A DNA stretch of 64,000 bases from Eledone cirrhosa (Eukaryota). The stretch lies in NCBI GenBank assembly GCA_964016885.1, contig OZ024742.1:280240001-280304000 (forward strand), written 5' to 3'. Shown piece by piece: positions 55,862-64,000 of the stretch (the stretch's first letter is position 1; every line of letters begins with the position of its first letter). The translations under genes and the position numbers were made by a program. The notes under the pieces were generated by a model. The model was not told the origin of the DNA. It worked only from the letters and a program-made list of their open reading frames with translations, and searched no databases.

Positions 55862-55990
55862 TTTTATTTTATAGAAGGAGCTTCTACAGGACTAGTACTG
55901 TTTCATTCAGATGAAATCTTCAGGAAGCTTTCTGAAGATTTCATCTGAATGAAACAGTACTAGTCCTGTAGAAGCTCCTTCTATAAAATA
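55862..55990. repeat. ~58-bp-arm palindrome folded next to a hammerhead-like core
   Basis: Right arm CTGAAGA-tTTCAtcTGAAt-GAAAC...GTC; centre AAGCTT. Confidence 0.8.
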
Positions 55991-56009
55991 AACAAATAAA
56001 AAATAAAAA

Positions 56010-56052
<43 letters not shown>

Positions 56053-56862
56053 TGAGAACAGATTCTCTTTCTAAGTAACTTGTATTACTTTCATATCCCA
56101 TATTACTGTTACTTACCTTCAATTGTGTGTTGCATTCGATTGTATTAAATTTCTTCTCCTATATCCATATGTAGATATGTCTTCTTGGATTTTTCCAAGA
56201 ATATCCAGAATAACTATCTTCCTTTTGATATTATTGATGCACTGGCGGTGAACACTCTTATATTTAGAAACATCCGAAATTGTAATTATCCCCAGAATAT
56301 AGTCGATGAATAGGTATTGTCCATCTGCTTGTGTCTTCCTAGTTTTCTCTTTTCTTTATGTTTCACATGTTTTTAATTATATATATATATACGGCGTAAT
56401 AAATAATTGTTATATGCAGTCCACTTAGGTGTAGTCCAGTTATGGTACTCCGAATTTTACATGTCAATTTTATACATCTGCCTCATGTCAGCTAGTTTTA
56501 CACGCTAAAATCATAGATATACTATACTTCCCACCTAGATGATGTTCTGATAATTTCAAATAATTTATTGCTAGCATTGTTGATATTGTTGTTATTGTTC
56601 TAACTTAATGCCATTACTTCTGCATATAGTAGCTTGTATATTCTTTTCATGCCTGTATATTCTCTTCATTCTCGCAGGCTCCAATGAACTGACTGGTTAT
56701 AACTTTGTATTGGCGATCGAGTAACGTGAAAATAAGCGGATAGCTATCTCTTGACCTACAAGTTCAGAGAAACAATTCTCAGCAATGAGATTAAAAACCT
56801 TTTTTGTATAGCAAACCGTGTCACTCTTCTTTCCTGATTTATATATATATATATATACAAGA

Positions 56863-57720
56863 TGGAAGTACAGCATAATCGAAGCTCTGGTTGCAGCCAA
56901 GCTAACGAGTGCAGCCGGGATGTGCAGCTAAAGCACTCAATAACGAATTTTTACCTTAGACTTATAACATTACGTTTAGACAGCTATGCAAATTGAAGAC
57001 AGCGACCGATAGGCGAGCCGTTAGGACCGGAACAACGAAAAAACCGACTCAGGAAAAATGATGACATACCTGGAACATCGTAGAGTTATTATACAATATC
57101 TCCGCTAAGCTTTTGTAAATCTGAATTCAACAAAATCCATTTGTAGGGGCCTGCAAATTATTGGTTTTGGAACATAGAACAGTGGAATTTACTTCGTCAA
57201 CAACTTTTCGATCTGCCGCCCCGGTTATAAGAACTAGCAGTAAACACCGCCAGTACTCACGTGGATTATCCGTAGGGAGCTACCCTCCGGTTTTGGCTGT
57301 CAAATTCAAAATTTGAACGAAAGAATTATATCCTTTACACAAACCGAATAAAAGCTCCCAACCAGACGTTATTAAACAAACATAAGCAATTAACTAATCA
57401 ATAGAATTGTCTAATTAAATTAATCAATGAATCATTAAATCTAGGAGATAATAATACAAGAAGGAAGTACAGCATAATCGGAGCTCTGGTTGCAGCCAAG
57501 CTAACGAGAGCAGCCGGAATGTGCAGTTAAAGCACTCAATAATGAATTTTTCTTAGAGTTATAACATTACGTTTAGACAGCTATGCAAATTGAAGACAGC
57601 GACCGATAGGCGAGCCGTTAGGGTCAGAACAACGAAAAAAACCGACTCTGGAAAAATTATGACACACCTGGAACATCGTAGAGTTATTATACAATATCAC
57701 CGCTAGGTTTCTGTAAATCC
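56863..57720. repeat. ~257-bp direct repeats, period ~599
   Basis: GGAAGTACAGCATAATCG...TGTAAATC at ~56863 and ~57462. Confidence 0.85.
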
Positions 57721-57935
57721 CAAAGGAAATATATTAGAAAGTGAGGTTCTTTTAAAAAATGAAAAAAAAGGAGATGTCCTACAGGAGTGAAGGTATAAGG
57801 AAAAAAGATGAAATCGAAAATGCAACTGGATTCTTTAAAAAAAATATATATATCTATTTGATTCCTTTACCGGTTTCGCAATTATTGTGCTTTTCAAAAG
57901 TAGAATTGTGATGGAGGGTTTGTGGTTTTTCTCGC

Positions 57936-58870
<935 letters not shown>

Positions 58871-58939
58871 TATTAAAAGCCATATATTATTAAAAGAATA
58901 TATTCATATATATACGTACGCACATATACATACACATAC

Positions 58940-58982
<43 letters not shown>

Positions 58983-59333
58983 CACATACCATACACATAG
59001 ATAAAGGACTTTTTATGTATAAGATATAGGAATTTTCTTAAACTTATATAATTTTCTGAGAAACCATAGAAAAAAAAACACAGAGAAAAACATTTCTATG
59101 TAATAGAAAAACAGCGTGAAGGAAATTAAGTTATTTACCTATATTAAATGTTAAAATGTCAAGATAACAAAGGAAATTTAAGATTATAGAAACCTTATGT
59201 TATAATACAAACCTTATATTATAAATTTTATATTTAGTAAATCCACCTGTTATGTAGTCGTGACTGTTATTATATAAGTTTGTTTATCACGATCCTCAAG
59301 GAAACCCCTATAATCTAGTGCATTTGAATTGTA

Positions 59334-59407
<74 letters not shown>

Positions 59408-59466
59408 CACACAACTCGCACATATATACACATAGACGTAGATACACATACAGGTAGATATGCATC

Positions 59467-59525
<59 letters not shown>

Positions 59526-60035
59526 AAAGAATAGAGGTGTGACACACAAGTTATTATATATTGGTAAACGGAATAGAAAATGCTGACAAATTGTTCACAG
59601 TTGAAAAATGGTTTAATTAGGAATAAAAGAGTATTAGTGATTGTATGGGTTAGTATTCAGTTGTGGTTTTAAGTTTTTAAGTTTTTACTGGTTGCGCATT
59701 TCTAAATGCTTTTCAAAAATAATTTTGAGATAGAGTGTCCGTGCTGTTTTCTCTGATCTGATTAGTTTTGGGAATTCTACCTGTTTTTATGTTAAAAAAG
59801 TGGCTCCAGCGTTACTTTGGTGTGGCAAAAATTCTTGTGGTCAAAACAATTTTGATTGGTCGGTAGAGGTCATGTGAATGTAAAAAATTGATTTTGCGCC
59901 AAGACTGTTTTTATGTTGAAAAAGTGGCTCCAGCAAAAATTCTTGTGGTCAAAACAATTTTGATTGGTCGGTAGAGGTCATGTGAATAAAAAATTGGTTT
60001 TGCGCCAAGATTGAGAAATTACTCTTTCACAACAA

Positions 60036-60108
<73 letters not shown>

Positions 60109-60561
60109 TTAGTAAGGTGTTCGATGTTGTGATAATGGTTAGCAGCGATGTGTGTCAAATGGCTATTAAGATAAGTGTGTGTGTGTGTGTGTGTGTATAG
60201 CAGAGTAATTCGTGGTGGCAGGGATGGTCAGTAAGAATATGTCTGAAAGCAATGGGGGGTATTTTAGCATGTCAAAAGATATTTTTCAGCTTTTGTCTTA
60301 TACGGAGAAGTCCGTGTGTGTGTGTGTATATATAAGTCTCTTTGTATGTTGATGTACGCGTGTGTATGTGTGTGTGTATATATGTGTGTGTGTGTGTAGG
60401 TGTGTGTGTGTGTGGGTGGACCAGTATTTTTTCCCCCTGGTAAAATGGTGTACTTTATTCGATTTTTTCAGTAAAATCGGTTCTCTTAATAGAACATCAA
60501 AAATCTTAACAGTAAAAGTTGTGAAATGATATTCACTATATATATATACACATACATATAT

Positions 60562-60613
<52 letters not shown>

Positions 60614-60763
60614 TACATATATATACATATATATATGCACATATATTTTTTTGTGTTGCACCATAGAGCATGTGTGTTTACGTATGTCATTGTGTTTATA
60701 TGTGGGTAGAGATGTGTGCTGATGTAGGTATGTATGTTGACGTGTGTATGTTGTGGGTTCGTC

Positions 60764-63105
60764 TTAGGGAGAATTATTTAGACGGGGTCCGTATTTGTTA
60801 ATGAAGTAAGATTCCTCGCTGATAGGCTGGGTGTGGGTGGCATTATCTTTAAATTTGTAGAGGGGAAAGATTCTGAAGTTGGGATGATTTTGGGCGGCAC
60901 AGGTATCAATGTGTTCACTCAGTGGTATTTTCCTGTATTCCCGTATTTTGATTTGGGATCTATGGACAGTCATGCGTTGGCGGAGGCTGTTTTGGGTCTG
61001 GCCTATGTATTGTTCTCGACAACCTGAACAAGTTAATACATATATTAGATTTTCCGATGCACATGTGAAATTGTGTTCTACTATAAAACGTTGTCCATCT
61101 TTGAAATAGAATTCCGAACCCTCTATTAGGTTGATGCAAATGCCTCAGTTGGGTCTATCGCATTTTTTTACTGTGGGTTTCGTTGTTGTGGTTGGCAATA
61201 CTTTGGCATGTGTTAAGATGTTTTTCATTGACTTGGATTGTCTTTTGCTCTTTATGATATCGTGTGTTCATAGAATTTGGTTCATTCTATGGTCCTTTTT
61301 CAATACAGGGATGTTCTGGAGGATGGTGTCAAAGGCCTCATTGTTGAGGGGGTTGTGTGTGGAGATGTATGGAAGGGCTTTTAGTTTTGGTTGATTTATT
61401 TAGGGTGTCTAAGGTCCTGGGTACTGAGTTTTAGGGCACGTTGGATTCCATTATCAATTAGTGATGCAGGGTAGTCCCTGCCTATGAGTGTGTCCTTTAG
61501 TTCTTGTAGCCGTAAGTAGCAGATGTTTTTATTGGAGACTATAGTACAGATTCTCTTGGCTAAGTTGTAGGGAATATTAATTTGAACGTGTCTAGGGTGG
61601 CAAGAGTTGAAGGGGAGATATTGCTTGGAGTCTGTGGGCTTGTAGTATATGTCTGTTTCTATTTTTTTGTTATGGATCTTAATGAGGATGTCGAGGAAGG
61701 GGAGTTGTTGATGGCTGTATTCCATCGTGAAGTTAATATTTGTGTTGAGCCCATTTATAAGGGTGTGAAATTCTTTAAGTTTTTCGATGTTTTCGTGCCA
61801 AAGGATGAAGTAGTCATCTAGATATCGCTTCCAGTTCCTTTCAATGTGTAAGTGGAGGGTGTTTCCAAATATTTGTTTAGGACTTTAGTGTAGAGGGTGA
61901 TTTCCAGGTATCCCATGCCTAGGTTGGCATAAGTGGGGGCTGTTTTCGTTCCCATAGCGGTCCCAGATTCTGCCTGTAGGGTTTGTTATAGAAAACGAAG
62001 TAATTGTTCTCCAAGATAAATTTGAGTCCCTTTATCACGAATTCTTTTTTGATGCGTTGTGGGAGTTCATTGTGGAAATTATCCAGCCAGAATTTGATAG
62101 CTTCTATTCCTAGGTTGTGGGGGATGTTGGAGTATAGGTTGACTTCATCGAACGTCACTAGTAGGGTTTGTTCAGAAAGTGGCATATTAGGGAGGGGATT
62201 GAGCATATCTAGGTCGTCCCTTATATAGCTTTTGATGTGCTTGAGGAAGGGTTTGAGAAGGGTATCAATGAAGTTGCTAAGACGGTGCGTTTCGCAAGCG
62301 GGGCCTGCTATTATAGGTCTTAATTTGAGATCATTGGGTGAGGGGACATTGATGACTATGTCTGTGGCTTCCTTGCATGCCTTACTTATTGATTCGCTTT
62401 TATGTACTTTAGGGATACCGTAGAAAAGGCTGGATTTACTTGTGAAGTCTGTGATGAAGCTGAATTCCTTGTTAGTGAGTCCTTCTTTGTATTGGTTGAT
62501 TAGAGTTTTTAGGTTTCTCATAATTTTCTGTTGATTGTAGTGTTCAGCCTTTTCGTAGTATGTTTCGTTTTCCAAAGTGGAGAGCGCTAAGTTGATATAG
62601 AATTCTGTCTCCATTAGGACTACTGTACTCCCTTTATCAGCCTCTTTAATTGTAATGGTTCTGTCGATTTTTAATCTATTTAATTCTTCCCATTCTTTCT
62701 TGTTGAGGTTTGGCTTGTGTTTTTGTCTGTGCAAGTGTTGGTAAGGGAAGTTTGTGATGTGGTCACAGAATTCGTCCAGGATTTTATTTCTACCTTTTGA
62801 AGGGGTATATTTGCTTCTATTTCTGGCTAATGATTCATCCTCATTGTACTGGTCGAATAGTTGTTCACTAAGTCGTAACTTTCTACAGAAGTCTGTGATG
62901 TCTTCCTTCATTTCATAGTAGTTAGGACGTAGTGGGGTCGGTGTGAATTTAAGACATTTGGAGAGTAAGTTGATAAGGTTGGGTGTTGGTTCTGCACTAG
63001 TAAGATTGATAATTTTTGTTACTATCGGTCTCTCCTCCCTGTCTTGTGTTATTTTGTTTGGCTGTATCTGTTAGCTGTGTCTAAAAAATGGTTGGGGTAG
63101 AGGGA
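60764..63105 (-). mobile_element. Degenerate Penelope-like element (RT plus GIY-YIG), same type as 2780-5500
   Basis: KIINLT..LLSKCLKFTPTP, IKEADKGSTVV, FYGIPKVHK, LRPIIAGP, LVTFDEVNLYSNIP, WKRYLDDYF, LPFLDI, YYKPTD, CHP, NLIYVLTC..YIGQT; several frameshifts and stops. Confidence 0.9.
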
Positions 63106-63204
63106 TATATATATATATATATATAACGAAGGAAATGTGGTAAGGAACCAGGTGGACCATAACGCACCAAAGTACTCAATACTTGAGGTAGTAGAGTGGG
63201 TAAT

Positions 63205-63330
63205 AGGAACCAGTAAGACCCCGACAGCTGAGCTCAAGCCGTTTCGACGGCTAATTCTGGAGTTCAGAATTCTGAGTCCAGAATTAGCCGTCGAAACGGC
63301 TTGAGCTCAGCTGTCGGGGTCTTACTGGTT

Positions 63331-63333
<3 letters not shown>
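63205..63333. repeat. Palindrome at the 5' side of the PLE; family also at 7845-7945 and 54210-54290
   Basis: CCAGTAAGACCCCGACAGCTGAGCTCAAGCCGTTTCGACGGC... mirrored; adjacent (TA)n. Confidence 0.8.
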
Positions 63334-63418
<85 letters not shown>

Positions 63419-64000
63419 TACAGTACATAGTATAATTGAAGTTCATAATATAAAAAAAATACGTAATATATTAAAAAATAAGATAAAAATGAATTATATT
63501 ACGATTTGGAAATATATTCTTACAATTATAAGCAATATAACTTTAAAGCAATATAATTAAAAAAAAATATAATTTTAAAAAATTACAGAATATCTTAAGA
63601 TATAATTTTAAAATAAGAATATGTATAAAAAATTCAGTATAACATTTAAATTGTTTATAGAATATTTAACTCTCAGTATGTTTAACTTAATTTTATAACT
63701 ATAGATTTTTAATAATATATAGATCTCAACTTTTAATGTATAGATCTCAACTTTTAATGTATACATCTCAATAACATGATGGATAATTTAATTGAAAAAC
63801 TAATCTTTTAATCATATTTAAACCCTGCATAAAATTCATTTTCTATTCACGAGTATTTTCCATTCACGCTTAATTACTTATTTACTTTACTCATCCAAAA
63901 TTATTTATTTTTTCACTTCATCTTAAAAGTTATGCTAATACAACCTATCACTTAGGGCTTTCTCTTTCTCTTTCGCTTTCTCTTTTCTCTTTTCTTTTTT

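Overview
This is AT-rich, microsatellite-saturated eukaryotic non-coding DNA. The SINE families and (TA)n/(CA)n/(CATA)n density suggest an octopod cephalopod (inference). I cannot support any host protein-coding gene. The window is a nest of retroelements: two GIY-YIG Penelope-like elements (PLEs) of one type (~2.8-5.5 kb +, ~60.8-63.3 kb -), a near-intact Naiad-type PLE with pseudo-LTRs (21.0-26.3 kb -), a degenerate CR1/L2-group LINE, an R4/Dong-type LINE in (TAA)n, a 5-unit tandem array of a bipartite RTE-derived element, and tRNA-derived SINEs. Three observations stand out. (1) Both of the first two PLEs carry an in-phase U_UUU_UUA heptamer just upstream of an RT frame that lies in the -1 phase; in the first element it joins an intact 449-aa ORF1 to the RT/GIY-YIG ORF, a candidate programmed -1 frameshift. 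(2) Roughly 25-30 minimal hammerhead-ribozyme (HHR) motifs from about 10 families occur, mostly in inverted repeats whose HHRs point outward toward flanking (TA)n tracts. (3) Two HHR families carry non-canonical cores across copies (U3-A8; U3-A8 plus A13C). All motif calls were made by eye, and boundaries are approximate.
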